In this document: positions 51,499 to 64,000 of the stretch, piece after piece | Layout: each line of letters begins with the position of its first letter | Numbering within the stretch: the stretch's first letter is position 1 | DNA from: Octopus vulgaris | Taxonomy: Eukaryota | Length of the DNA stretch: 64,000 bases | Direction of reading: 5' to 3' | NCBI GenBank assembly: GCA_951406725.2 | Contig: OX597815.1 | Coordinates: 190,216,001-190,280,000, forward strand | Notes under the pieces: generated by a model | The model's input: the letters and a program-made list of their open reading frames with translations, nothing else | Told to the model about the DNA's origin: nothing | Databases searched by the model: none | Made by a program: the position numbers and the translations under genes

Positions 51499-52934
51499 AC
51501 CAATTCAAACATATTGATCTTTATAGTCTTGATTGCTCTCAATTAAAAAAGTAAATTAATTTATTTTCATCATCAAGCAGATGAGTGTCTGAATAATTTG
51601 AACCAAGTACTAATCTGAAGCAAATACACACAGAATGAGCTTGGTAATAAGTTGAACAGAACAATTGCAGAGTAAAAATGGACGAAGGAGTTATTTTCTT
51701 ATTCCCTGTTGAGAGGCAAGACCCAGTAATGTCAGGTTTTATACTCATTGTAGTTATTCAGGGTGTAATGGGGATTCGAAACTGTATTCCTGTATATGCG
51801 GTCAGACATAACAAGCAAACTACCATAGTTTCACATGATTGGTCAATTAACCAACCAATCAGTGTGATGTGATGACATGGACAGGTTTTTTCTCAAACAT
51901 TCTAGAATTTGACTTCTGGTCCCCCATAAAATCTGTTTGGTGTGCATTTTACCAGTCAGATGATCAAAGAAGGCAACTAAGACAGATGGCGCTGCTAGAT
52001 GACAAGAACCTCCATAACCACAAATGCAGCACAATTGTTTTCAGTAATGTCGGGCCGGCTGCAGGTCCCCAAATCATTAGCTTGCCATAAACTCTAAGCA
52101 CATGGTACATGGTAACACTTCCAATCAATTAAGATCAGAAGCCATGAGAGCCATTGCCTATTATTATTATTCAGGTCACTGCCTGGAATCAAACTCGGAA
52201 TCTTGGAGTTAGTAGCCCACACCCTTAACCACTACGCCATATGCCTGTGGGCTTCGTTTATATATTGTGTGCATGAGTCTATATCACAACAAAAAAGATG
52301 ACCATCCCAAAACATAACAATATCTATTTCAACACACGGTTTCACATCAAGAATCTTGCAAAACAAACACATAAATGTAAACTGATTTAAATTGACTGAA
52401 TAGCATGCTCAAATCACATGACTATGCATTACTGCTCTCAATTACAGCGTTTTTCTAAGATATATTTACAAAAGAGAGAAAAATCTATTGAAAAATCTAA
52501 GAAAAATCTATTGTAGGTAACATGATAGCATGTGTTTGTATGTGTGGGTAGTGAAAGCAATGACATGTAAATATGGAAGCCCATAGCAAAATGGGCTACC
52601 ATACTTGGTAAAGCTGTTAGCCTTAGCCTAGTTAAATAGCCCTAGCTTAGATAGCACAATTGATTTATAGCTTGAGCTCAATGTCAGTAATTTTTAAGAA
52701 GAAGCAATGGACTACTGTGATTTTGTGCCTTCATTTTGGGCCTCCAAAAGTGAAGTGACTTCAATGGATATGTCTATCTAGGAAAAAACTTTACTGTTGT
52801 ACTACAGCTTTGAGAAATGACAATGACTAAGGAAAGCTTTTGGTTGAGTCATCTGTTAGAAAATAGCAGCCAAATCTCCCTCATATCAGATCTTAACTAA
52901 TTTTTGAAAAAAAATGGAAAAGAAATTTAGCCTA

Positions 52935-53226
52935 ATGACAGTGCCGCCTTGACTGGCTTCTGTGCCGGTGGCACATAAAAAGCACCAACTGATCATGGCT
53001 GCTTCCAGACTCCCCTGGCACCTGTGCCGGTGGCAAGTAAAGAGCACCCACTACATTCACGGAGTGGTTGGTGTTAGGAAGGGCATCCAGCTGTAGAAAC
53101 ACTGCCAGATCAGACTGGAGTCTGGTGCAGCCTCCTGGCTTCCCAGACCCTGGTTGAACCGTCTAACCCATGCTAGCATAGAAAATGAACGTTAAACGAT
53201 GATGATGATGATGATGATGATGATGA
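52935..53226 (+). mobile_element. Family 3 repeat with (GAT)n tail
   Basis: Homology to 9400-9657. Confidence 0.85.
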
Positions 53227-53938
53227 AACATGAGATAATCACTGTTGAAATGTCAATTATTGTAGGACCACTTAATCAAGGCTGACCCGGGGCTAAACAA
53301 CCGCAACAACAACAACATCATCATCATCATCAGCAGCAGCATCGACAACAGCAACATCAACAACAACTCCATCATCAACAACTCCATCAACAACAACAAC
53401 AACAGTAACAGTGGCAGTAAATTTGCATATTTACTCAGATTTCTCAGTTCAAATTTCATGTTTGACAACTTTTGGGTGACTCCGGTAACGTTTATACATT
53501 TGTTTAGACGAAACTCATCAAGATTATTCAATAATAACAACAACAATACATCTATTGATTGCTGTCAAGTCCATGATAGATGCCAAAATCAGTGAATAAG
53601 TCTAATGATTTAGCAGCATTTACAGCTACACCATGGCATTATATACATCAAGTACAAGATGGCATCGAAATATTTTAGCTACTGGGGGAATAAATCTAAT
53701 TAGAAAAAAAAAAAAAAATCTGAAAGAAGCCATTAATGAAGTGTCTATTTTTGGACGATTCCACCATTATAACTGTAATCAGACATCGTTTCTGTTATTT
53801 GCCTCTCAGTAGAACGGTTTTTGTCTTAAATGAGTGTTGTTAATCACAGCAATCTGATGTGATAATACTTTATAGAGTTCAGCTTTTACTTATGTAAATA
53901 AACACAAGCAAGGCAAACACACACACATACAAACACAA

Positions 53939-53970
<32 letters not shown>

Positions 53971-54237
53971 AGACACAGACACACGCATACACATGTAGAT
54001 ACATATATATGCTCTATAATACATATGTGTATATCTCATATATATATATATATTCATTCCCCAAATCAGCTCCATATATTATACACTTTTGAAAATCTAA
54101 TGAGAAACCGGTAAAGTGCATTCCTATATTTTAAAATATAATTAAATTCTAATTAATTCTGATATATTCTCTGTGCATTTTCAGCTTTGTTCCGTCTTTT
54201 CCTCCATTTGTTTGGATTGATAACAATTATATAATAC

Positions 54238-54270
<33 letters not shown>

Positions 54271-54679
54271 TGTATGTATGTATGTATGTATGTATGTATG
54301 CATGTATATGTATATATATGTATCTATATATGTATATATATATGTATATATATTGTATCATGACACAGTATTGTGGCTCACAGAATCCTGTCAAACAATC
54401 CAACTCATGCCAGCATGGAAAACAGATGTTAATTCATCATCATCATGATAATGATGAAGATAGTGATGCTGATGCCGACAGCATCGATGATGATGGCGTT
54501 GATGATGATGATGATGATGATTTCCATGTTCGCATGGATCGACCAAAATCCAATGGGGCATATTTTCTATGGCTTGATTTTTTTCCTATCACTAACTCCA
54601 AATTGCTTACAAGCAAGGTAATATTTCCCCTTGAATAGCACAAGAGCCAGGCATGTTTCCATGGCATTTAAAAAAAATT

Positions 54680-54907
54680 TTTTTATTGCCAACAAGGGGC
54701 TAAACATTGAAGGGTCAAACAAGGACAGATAAAGAGATTAAGTTGATTACATCGGCCCCAGTGCGTAACTGGTATTTATTTAATCGAGCCCGAAAGGATG
54801 AAAGGCAAAGTCGACCTCGGTGGAATTTGAACTCAGAACGTAACGGCAGACGAAATACCACTAAGCATTTCACCTGGCATGCTAACAATTCTGCCAGCTT
54901 GCCACCC
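54680..54907 (-). mobile_element. SINE family 2 (Meta-like)
   Basis: Homology to 10700-10930. Confidence 0.88.
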
Positions 54908-55567
54908 TTGTTTTCATGAATTATAGCTAATGAATTACACCACTTGTATGACAGGGATGTTTGTTTACAATTAGCATGTAGTGTCAAAACAAGGAAACAT
55001 AAACTCTGTGTCACACGCATGTAGATGCACTCATATGATAGGTTTCTTTTCATTTCTCATCTTCTAGATTCATCCATAAATCTTTGGTCAGTACAAGACT
55101 ACAGTAGAACTTAACCTGTGTGTTGCACAGTGGGACAAAATCTAAAACCATATAGCTGCAAAATGATCTTTTAAACCACATGGCTATATTATATTAATGA
55201 AATTCAAGTATAAATTTCATAAAAGATTTTGACATGACATCTGCCCCTTCAATACATTAAATCTCTTAACTAGAACAAAGCCACACACCCTCAATACTGT
55301 TCCCTGCTCGGCTCCCAGTTGAGGGGTTTTGTTTTGCAAGGTACTTGATGGCCCTGTCAGTTCTGGTGCTACATAAAAAGCACCAGTGCTGATGTCAGGT
55401 AAAATTCCCCAGTGCTTGTGCCATGTAAAAAAAAAAACTGGTTCTGGTTCTCCATAAAAAACACTGGTGCTGGTGCCATATAAAAATCAGTGGTGCTGGT
55501 GCCATGTAAAAAGAACTGGTGATGTGTTATATAAGAAGCACTAGTGATGGCTCCACATAAAATGCAT

Positions 55568-55893
55568 CATCATCATCATTGTTCGACCGTGGTCGAGACA
55601 ATGGAATTTACCATGCTACGCCAGACTTCATGGTCCATCATGGCATTATGGAGGTCCTGTTGCTGGATGCCTGTATCCCTGGAGATTACATCAGGGTAGG
55701 AGAGTGTGCGCCCTCTGGCATTGCGAGTAGATGGCTTCCAGAGGAGGAGAGTAGAAATTACCTCTTTTTCAGCTCTACAACAATGTCCAGCAAACTGGAC
55801 TCTCCTACCTTTCACAAGAGATGACACAGGTGGTAGTTTCCCATATATTTGCATTTTGGTTGGATGGCGCTTCCACAAGAGATTTTGAACTCT
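55568..55893 (-). mobile_element. RTE family B 3' fragment inserted into an older family 3 repeat (~55320-56080, +)
   Basis: Closely similar to 24795-25123; flanks cataaaatgcat / cataaaaagcat. Confidence 0.9.
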
Positions 55894-56048
55894 CATAAAA
55901 AGCATTACAGCTGGTGCCATGTAAAAAGCACCCAATACATTCTGTAAAGTAGATGGCACTAAGAAGGGCTTACCAAAACAGACAATAGGGTCTGGTGTGG
56001 CTCCTGGCAAACTGTCCAACCCATGCCAGCAGGGACAACAGATGTTAA

Positions 56049-56080
<32 letters not shown>

Positions 56081-57244
56081 AAACTGTTTTAACATTTTTC
56101 TACCCCAAAATCTAAATATATTTGAACTTGAAGGGTTGTTGAGATATCAGAATTAACTTCTCTGTTAAATAAGATACTTTCGATTTGATATCTGTATTTC
56201 AGTTCAATATTTAATTTGATGGAAAAAATCTACTTGAAATCTCTAAATATGGTAATGAAATTACAGCTTTACACTATTTTTCTCATTCTGCTGAGATTTA
56301 TGTAAATTTATTGCTATTCAAGTCAACATTACCATCCACTGAGATTCTAAAATCATTTGTGAAGTCAAATGAATTAATCAAAAGATTCATTCCCTCAATT
56401 TATATATATTTTTTTTTCGACAAATTTTCAAATGGAGATTTCTTTTTAAAGTATCAACCAGAAAACAAATTAATGGATGAAGAATGATTTCTTTTAGACT
56501 TGGTTGTTTATTTCCTAAACAAATTAGATGATGGTTTCTAAGCAAAATAATTTGTCTGAAAAATCCCTAGCCACTACAATTCATGAGATATTTAATCTAA
56601 GTAAAAACAATTTGGTTTTGGAATCTTCGTAAATTCACATCAGTTCATTTAATAATGTCTTGGCATCAAATTATTAATCGAAGTTAGACTAATGGCAAAA
56701 TCTAATTTTGAATGCAGATTATGAATTCATATAAGAAGAATAAGCATTCTCATGGTAAGCACCATGTTTCAATGAATTCATATTTTTAAATATCATACTA
56801 ATAATATGGCTTCACATGGCATCACCTCTGATATTTAGGTCAAATGTGTAAGATTCCTGGATTATATTTTAATAAATGTGGTGCTTATGTTTCCTTTCAT
56901 CCCTTATGTCACTAATATATCCTGATAGTAATTACAGATGTCAAAATCTCATTAATCTTTATCTTTTCATTTATTCCTGTGTCAAGTCGTATAAACTGGA
57001 GGTTGATAGCATAACTATATGTATCTTCAATAACTAACACTGTTTGCAAACATATCAACCACTTACAATGTCTTCTTTCATAATTTAAATTATTCTTTAA
57101 AGGTGAATTAATTGCAAAATATTCAGGTCTCATTAAAATTAAATTATCACTAACCTTTTACTGAACTACGGTTTGCAGTTTTTATTTGATTTCTATTCTT
57201 TTGAAAGGACAGAACCATACAGAATTATGTGGGGTAAATAAAGA

Positions 57245-57663
57245 TATATTTCTTTATTGCCCACAAGGGGCTAAACATAGAGAGGACAAACAAGGACAGA
57301 CAAAGGGATTAAGTCGATTACATCAACCCCAGTGCGAAGCTGGTACTTAATTTATCGACCCCCGAAAGGATGAAAGGCAAAGTCGACCTCGGCAGAATCT
57401 GAACTCAGAACGTAATGGCAGACGAAATACCTATTTCTTTACTACCCACAAGGGGATAAACATAGAGAGGACAAACAAGGACTGACAAAGGGATTAAGTC
57501 GATTATATCGACCCCAGTGCGAAGCTGGTACTTTATTTATCGACCCTGAAAGGATGAAAGGCAAAGTCGACCTCGGCGGAATTTGAACTCAGAATGTAAC
57601 AACAGACAAAATATCGCTAAGCATTTCGTCCGGCACGCTAACATGTCTGCCAGCTCGCCACCT
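57245..57663 (-). mobile_element. Dimeric SINE family 2 with TSD-like tgtgg(g)gtaaataaa flanks
   Basis: Two tandem units. Confidence 0.9.
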
Positions 57664-57900
57664 TGTGGTAAATAAATATAGTCAATTAAGTCGAACCAGC
57701 TTATGACTGCAATTATTTTATTGTTAAAAGGAAAAGTGAAAGAAACGTTGACTCAAACTGTATTTGAACTCAGAGCAATGGAGCACAGAACTAGAAATGC
57801 TGAGCCGTTTATTCAGTTATCATAATGCCATGATGAGCGCCACACCATAATGGTGAAACTGAGGAAGCATGCACAGGAACTCTAATATAATCTTGTTTAA

Positions 57901-58121
57901 CCCTTTCGTTACCAACCACGCTGAAACCAGCTCTGGCTCTGAGGTACAAATGTCTTGTTTTCATAAGTTTTGAATTAAAATCTTCCATCAAATCTAAGTC
58001 ACAATTTATGTTCCTAACACTAGCTCAATGATAACGATGTTATTTTACTAAATTCTTTGTTATATTTAAAATAATTAGCAGAAACACAGAACATCTCAAA
58101 ATAAATACAGTAATGAAAGGG
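57901..58121. mobile_element. piggyBac-like MITE
   Basis: TTAA-ccctttcgttac .. gtaatgaaaggg-TTAA. Confidence 0.85.
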
Positions 58122-58149
58122 TTAACTTTCTTTCCCACATATATCATCA

Positions 58150-58360
58150 CCATTATCATCATCATCATCTTCATCATCCTTTAACGTCAGCTTACCATGC
58201 TGGCATAGGTTGGACGGTTTGACCAGGGTCTGGGAAGCCAGGAGGCTGCACCAGGCTCCGATCTGGCTGGATGCCCTTCCTAACCCCAACCACTCCATGA
58301 GTGTAGTGGGTGCTTTTAATATGCCACTAGCACAGGAGCCAGTTGGGGAGCATGGGCATT
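58150..58360 (-). mobile_element. Family 3 repeat
   Basis: (CAT)n followed by ccatgctggcataggttggacgg. Confidence 0.8.
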
Positions 58361-58785
58361 GACCACCTTCAGATAATGCCTTGACCACCTTCAGATAATA
58401 CCCCATTTCTTCTAAAACACTTGTTGCTTCACTTATGCTTACTCTGCTGTCATTACTTTCTCTCTTCAACTGAGCCCTGTCTTGGACATGCTATCGTTGA
58501 ACAAGCATAAATACTGCAGAATAGACAAGAGTTTTATAGTCTTGCTGAAGACACAGCAACTCCTCTAGTGTTGGTGCCATGAAGAAAGACACACAGCACA
58601 TGCCTTGAAGTGGTCGGGTATATAAGGAGTGTTTCCAGCCATAGAAATCATAGAAAGTAAAAATACTGATCTGGGAGGGTAATAAGTTGATATAAGAATT
58701 GATTTGGATCATGATAACCCAGCCAAACTGCACTGGCCTAGAAAGCAGATGTGAAATGAGGTTGAGCGTGATGAAGAGGGTTTGA

Positions 58786-59420
58786 TACACACACATATGC
58801 ACACACACACACATTTGTGTGTGTGTATGTGAGTGCACTCATGTATGTGCATGTGTGTGTGTCTGTGTGTGTATGCATTTGTGTGTGTATATGTGTATGT
58901 GCTGTGCAAGTGTGTGTATGTGTGTGTATGTGCATGTGTGTGTATGTGTGCATATGTGTGTGCATGTATATACGTGTGTGTATGCATGTATGCACATGTG
59001 GATGTGTGCATGTGCATGCATGTGTGTGTATGTGTGTCTGATAACATATATGTGTACATGTGTGTACATGTGTGTATGCATGTGTATGTACATGTGCGTG
59101 CATGTGTGTACACGTGTATGTACATGTGCATGTGTGTTCACATACACCTATGTGTGTGTGCATGTGTATGTACACATGTGTGTATGTGTGTGTCTGTGTA
59201 TATATATATGTGTACATGTGTGCATGCATGTGTATGCATGTGTGTGTACATGTGCATGCATGTGTGTACATGTGTATGCATGTGTATGTACATGTGTGTG
59301 TATGTGTGCATATGTGTGTGATTGTGCCCACATGTATGCATGTCTGTGCATGTGTGCCCATGTATGTGCATGCACCTATGTGTGTGTGTGTACATGTGTG
59401 CATATGCATGTGTATATAAT
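58786..59420. repeat. Degenerate (TG/CA/TA) purine-pyrimidine alternating tract
   Basis: Direct reading. Confidence 0.92.
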
Positions 59421-59570
59421 AAGAGCGTGTGCTCGTTTATAAAGGCTTTTGAAGCAGACCCTGACTAATGGCAAACTAAAATAATAGCCTTGAACATCTT
59501 ATATTAGCAACCAAATATATATTTTTTTCATCAACATTCCTTACCAACCAAAGTGAACATATTGCCACCC

Positions 59571-59949
59571 AATACTACTACTACTACTACTACTACCACT
59601 ACTACTACTACTACCACCACTACCACAACTACCACTACTACCACTGCTAATGCCACTACCACAACTTCTACCACAACTACTACCACTACCATTACTAATG
59701 CTACTACTACCACTACTACTAATATTACTACTACAACAACAACTACTACTACTACTACCACATCTACTACCCCTACAACTACCACTACTAATACCACTAC
59801 TACTACTATAACAACCACTACTACTACCACTACTACTACTTTTATTACTACTACAACTACTACTACTACTGCTACTGCTGCTACTACTACTACTACTACT
59901 ACTACTACCACTACCACTACTACTACTACATCTACTACTAATACTACTA

Positions 59950-60013
<64 letters not shown>

Positions 60014-60245
60014 CACTACCACAACTTCTACCACAACTACTACCACTACCACTACTAATATTACTACTACAACAACAACTACTACTACTACTACCACATC
60101 TACTACTACTACTACTATACTACTACCACTACTACTACCACTACTACTACTTTTATTACTCCTACAACTACTACTACTACTATTTCAACAACAACAACTA
60201 CTACTACTACTACTACTACCACTACAACTACTACCACTACCACAA

Positions 60246-60321
<76 letters not shown>

Positions 60322-60442
60322 CACATCTACTACCCCTACAACTACCACTACTAATACCACTACTACTACTTTTATTACTACTACAACTACTACTACTGCT
60401 ACTACTACTACTACAACTACTTCTACAACTACTACTACTACA

Positions 60443-60485
<43 letters not shown>
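59571..60485. repeat. (ACT/ACC/ACA)n trinucleotide array with internal block duplications
   Basis: Direct reading. Confidence 0.95.
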
Positions 60486-60728
60486 AATAAGAAACTTCTT
60501 TATCTGGTTACTTGTATATGAAAGCAAGTAGTGTAAACACATTCGCTTCGTATAAATTAGAAAGCGTTTAACTCAACCCAGGAATGTTGCACTCAGGTTT
60601 TTATGTATGAAGTTGTGTGTATCAGGAGGTTTTCTAATGATGGATAGGTGCTAGGGCAGGGGCAGGGGGGGGGTTATTTTTTTGCTGCTGACATAACTAG
60701 AATGTGTGAATTGATGACATTACAATGG

Positions 60729-60795
60729 AGTAGCAGTAGTAGTAGTAGTAGTAGTAGTAGCAGCAGCAGCAGCAACAGTAGTAGTAGTAGTAGCT

Positions 60796-60838
<43 letters not shown>

Positions 60839-60857
60839 CAGCAGCAACAGCAGCAAC

Positions 60858-60898
<41 letters not shown>

Positions 60899-60908
60899 CA
60901 GCAGCAGC

Positions 60909-60947
<39 letters not shown>

Positions 60948-60969
60948 TGTTGTAGTAGTAGCAGCATAA

Positions 60970-61017
<48 letters not shown>

Positions 61018-61168
61018 CGGCAACAGATGCAGAAACAAGTGTAAAAGAAGCCAGTGTAGTTGTTGTGGGTGCGACAGCAGCAGCAGCAGAAGTAGTGAGT
61101 AGTGTAGTAGTAGCAGCATAACAGCAGCAGCAGCAGTAGTAGTAATTGTAGTAGTAGTAGTAGTTGTA

Positions 61169-61202
<34 letters not shown>

Positions 61203-61270
61203 CGGTAGCAGCAGCAGATGCAGAAACAAGTGTAAAAGAAGCCAGTGTAGTTGTAGTGGGTGCGACCCCA
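60729..61270. repeat. (AGT/AGC)n array with a duplicated ~50-bp unique block
   Basis: cagatgcagaaacaagtgtaaaagaagccagtgtagttgt at ~61024 and ~61215. Confidence 0.92.
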
Positions 61271-61430
61271 GAACAGCCATCTGTTAGAGTTTGTCGAGAG
61301 AGATGGAAGTGGATGTGAGGGTGTGAGGGTCAATAAACAAAGCGACAGTCACATAATTAGTTTCAATTGAAATGATCGTTACACATTTCTCACTGACTAA
61401 GTTAAGGATTATTATTATTATTATTATTAT

Positions 61431-61893
61431 AGAAACAAAGCTTAAGTTTCGGTCTTATTCTGTAGGATTTTTGTGAATAGCAAGTTACTACCTGTAACCT
61501 TAGGTATCCACACGTTTTTGGTAATCCTTCAAGTGCTTAGAACCCTCCTGATAATCCTTGCTGTCCCTAAGAGGCAAACTTTCTGTAGGAGCTCTACCAG
61601 GCATTCTATTCCAATCTCTTTCAGCCATTTGTCTATATCTTGGCTTACTGTTCCCAAAGCACCAATTATTATAGGCACAACCTTTGCTGTTCACATGCTC
61701 CAAATTCTTCCTGTTTCAAACTTTAAGGGATTGCATTTTCTTTGTTTTTCTTCCTCTTTCTTTACAAACCTGGACAAAAATTAGCATGATGGGTTAATCA
61801 GTAAGCAACTTCGCTTTTCTTTATCTATAATTGTTATGTTCAGTCAATTATTTTCTAACTTCTTATCCATTTGAACTGGAAAGTCTCACAAAA
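61431..61893 (-). mobile_element. Decayed 3' end of a second R4/Dong family, ending in (TAA)n
   Basis: DFPVQMDKKLENN..KVVPIIIGALGTVSQDIDKWL..LLQKVCLLGTARIIRRVL. Confidence 0.82.
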
Positions 61894-62368
61894 TCATTTG
61901 ACTGTGGCCATGCTGGAGTCCCCCTCAGCATGGCCACAGTCAAATGACTGAAACAAGTAAAAGAGTAAGAGTATTACTAAGGCAGTGCACTGGCAGAACT
62001 TTTAGCATGCAGGACAAAAATCCTTAATGGCACTTCACCTGTCTTTCCATTCTTGGCAGGATTATTTCCTCTGGCTCTTTGCATTCAAATACATTCAGTT
62101 TTAGCTTTTTATCCTTTTGGGGTTGACAAAATAAAGTAGCAGTCAAGTACTTGAGTCAATGTAATTGAAATGCAACCCCCTCCCATCAAAATGGTGATGA
62201 TGATGATGAAGATGGCAGCGATGATGGTGACAACGACAACAATGGTGGTGGTTGTGGTGGTGGTGGTGCTAGTGGTGATGAAGATGGCCATTATGGCAAA
62301 ATTTGAAACCATTTTAAGGAGAGTAGATGATTGTCAGATTCATAACAGTGTGTTGATGGTGTCAAACA

Positions 62369-62528
62369 CATCATCATCATCATCATCATCATTGTTCGAT
62401 CGTGGTCGAGGCAATGGAATTTACCATGCTATGCCAGACTTCACGGTCCATCATGGCATTACGGAGGTCCTGTTGCTGGATGCCTGTATCCCTGGAGATT
62501 ACATCAGAGTAGGAGAGTGTGCGCCCTA
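62369..62528 (-). mobile_element. RTE family B extreme 3' fragment
   Basis: GRTLSYSDVISRDTGIQQQDLRNAMMDREVW plus (GAT)n. Confidence 0.88.
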
Positions 62529-62679
62529 GCCAGACAAATACATGCATGCACACACACACACACACATGCACATATGCACACACACACACACACACACACA
62601 CAGAATGAGCTTCTACAATTGAGGGACAGGTTGCTCCATGTGTGTGCATCTACGTTTTTTTTGTTTTTGTTTTTTTTTT

Positions 62680-62850
62680 TACTTGTTTCAGTCATTTGAC
62701 TGCGGCCATGCTGGAGCACCGCCTTTAATCAAGCAACTCGACCCCGGGACTTATTCTTTTGTAAGCCCAGTACTTATTCTATCGGTCTCTTTTGCCGAAC
62801 CGCTAAGTAACGGGGCTTATTCTATCGGTCTCTTTTGCCGAACCGCTAAG
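62680..62850 (-). mobile_element. SINE family 1, 3' part, with internal 35-bp duplication, flanked by a ~105-125-bp direct repeat
   Basis: agccagacaaatacatgc..gtgcatctac at ~62528-62653 and ~62912-63013. Confidence 0.85.
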
Positions 62851-62931
62851 TATGTTTATTTTTGTTTTTGTTTATTTTGTTTAAAAATCAAACACATAAA
62901 CAAAAGCATAAAGCCAGACAAATACATGCAT

Positions 62932-62964
<33 letters not shown>

Positions 62965-64000
62965 ATGAGCTTCTACAATTGAGGGACAGGTTGCTTCATG
63001 TGTGTGCATCTACATTTTCATTTATGCTTTCAACACAGTATTACCTTGCTAAAAACACCAAACGTAGCACAACATGTCAATATAACAGAGATTGTTCCAG
63101 ATAAAATAAGTTCCAGATTGAAGCAAGTACTAAGGTTGATATGATTGCTTGAGAACACTTGAGAACATTTGAAGAAGATGCTCCAGCGTGGATAATGTCA
63201 AAGAACTGAAACCTGTAAAAGAATAAGAGCTTATTGCCAAAATGCATATTTTCAACAGCTACACTCTTTAACTTGATGACATAAAAACATCTCCGATCAC
63301 AATATGCAATAATACTTATATACTTAAATTCCATAGACATGTAAACTGTATAGTTATTTCCTTTTAAAAAGTAAAAATATTTAGTGAAAACTTTGTGAAC
63401 TGAAAATATTATTTCTTGATGCTAGTATTGATGTTGCTAATTTTCAAAGATATGTATAGTATATTCTAAGATTCTTTAAACATCAAAGCCATCATGCAAT
63501 CCAACAATTTCAATGAAAATATTATAGGCTTTAAGCAATAAAGGAATATCTTGTTTGTATTTCAAGGGGAAAATAGTTGCAGTGTGATGCGGGGTGGGAA
63601 GTTTTCTGAAAGATATATTGCTTCAACAATAATTTCCTAAAGAAAGTTACCTGAATATTTCTCTTTTATGATTCCTTTAATACTTCATCTTATAATCTCT
63701 TTAATACTTCCTTAGTAAATATTGGTTTTAGTACATTTGTGCCATGCTGCTGTAGTAGCGGTTTACATTTATGGCTACGATCATGTAACACCTTCATTCA
63801 AAGACTAACCAAAAATGAATTATTGATAAAGTTATAAAGTTGGTGAATTATGATTGTGTGTGTGTGTGTGTATAGATACACGTGCATGAGAAAGGAGAAT
63901 GTATGCGATTGTACGCTGAAGTACAGTGCCATGAATATCGTGTAATCTGGTTAGCAAAATGTAAGAAAATACTATAAAGTCATGCGTTCAGTTGAAAAAA

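Noticed and set aside
51830-52005. CCAAT boxes and a CTCF-like agatggcgc motif
   Set aside because: Short motifs expected by chance; no gene start to anchor them
59553-61333. Mucin-like poly-Thr/Ser/Leu/Val ORFs
   Set aside because: Pure trinucleotide arrays open in several frames, with no unique domains or splice support

Overview
AT-rich, repeat-saturated eukaryotic (metazoan) intronic or intergenic DNA. The SINE, LINE and microsatellite content resembles Octopus/cephalopod genomes (my recognition, not a database result). No intact host protein-coding gene is supported, and almost all ORF-track entries are microsatellite or SINE artefacts. Real coding relics are all transposon-derived: two R4/Dong-clade non-LTR elements at (TAA)n tracts, two RTE-type LINE families, a CR1-group LINE 3' end, and several mariner/Tc1 fragments. 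Non-coding mobile DNA includes several tRNA-derived SINE families, piggyBac-, hAT- and mariner-type MITEs, and a solo LTR. The most notable signal is about 17 intact, partial or decayed minimal type I hammerhead-ribozyme (HHR) motifs from roughly 7 small non-coding element families (Penelope-associated or retrozyme-like). They include G3:C8 and U3:A8 versions of the tertiary 3:8 core pair, monomer-plus-partial-repeat architectures, head-to-head palindromes, and a tRNA-headed SINE carrying an HHR with a 173-bp flanking duplication. Coordinates were read by eye, so element ends are approximate.
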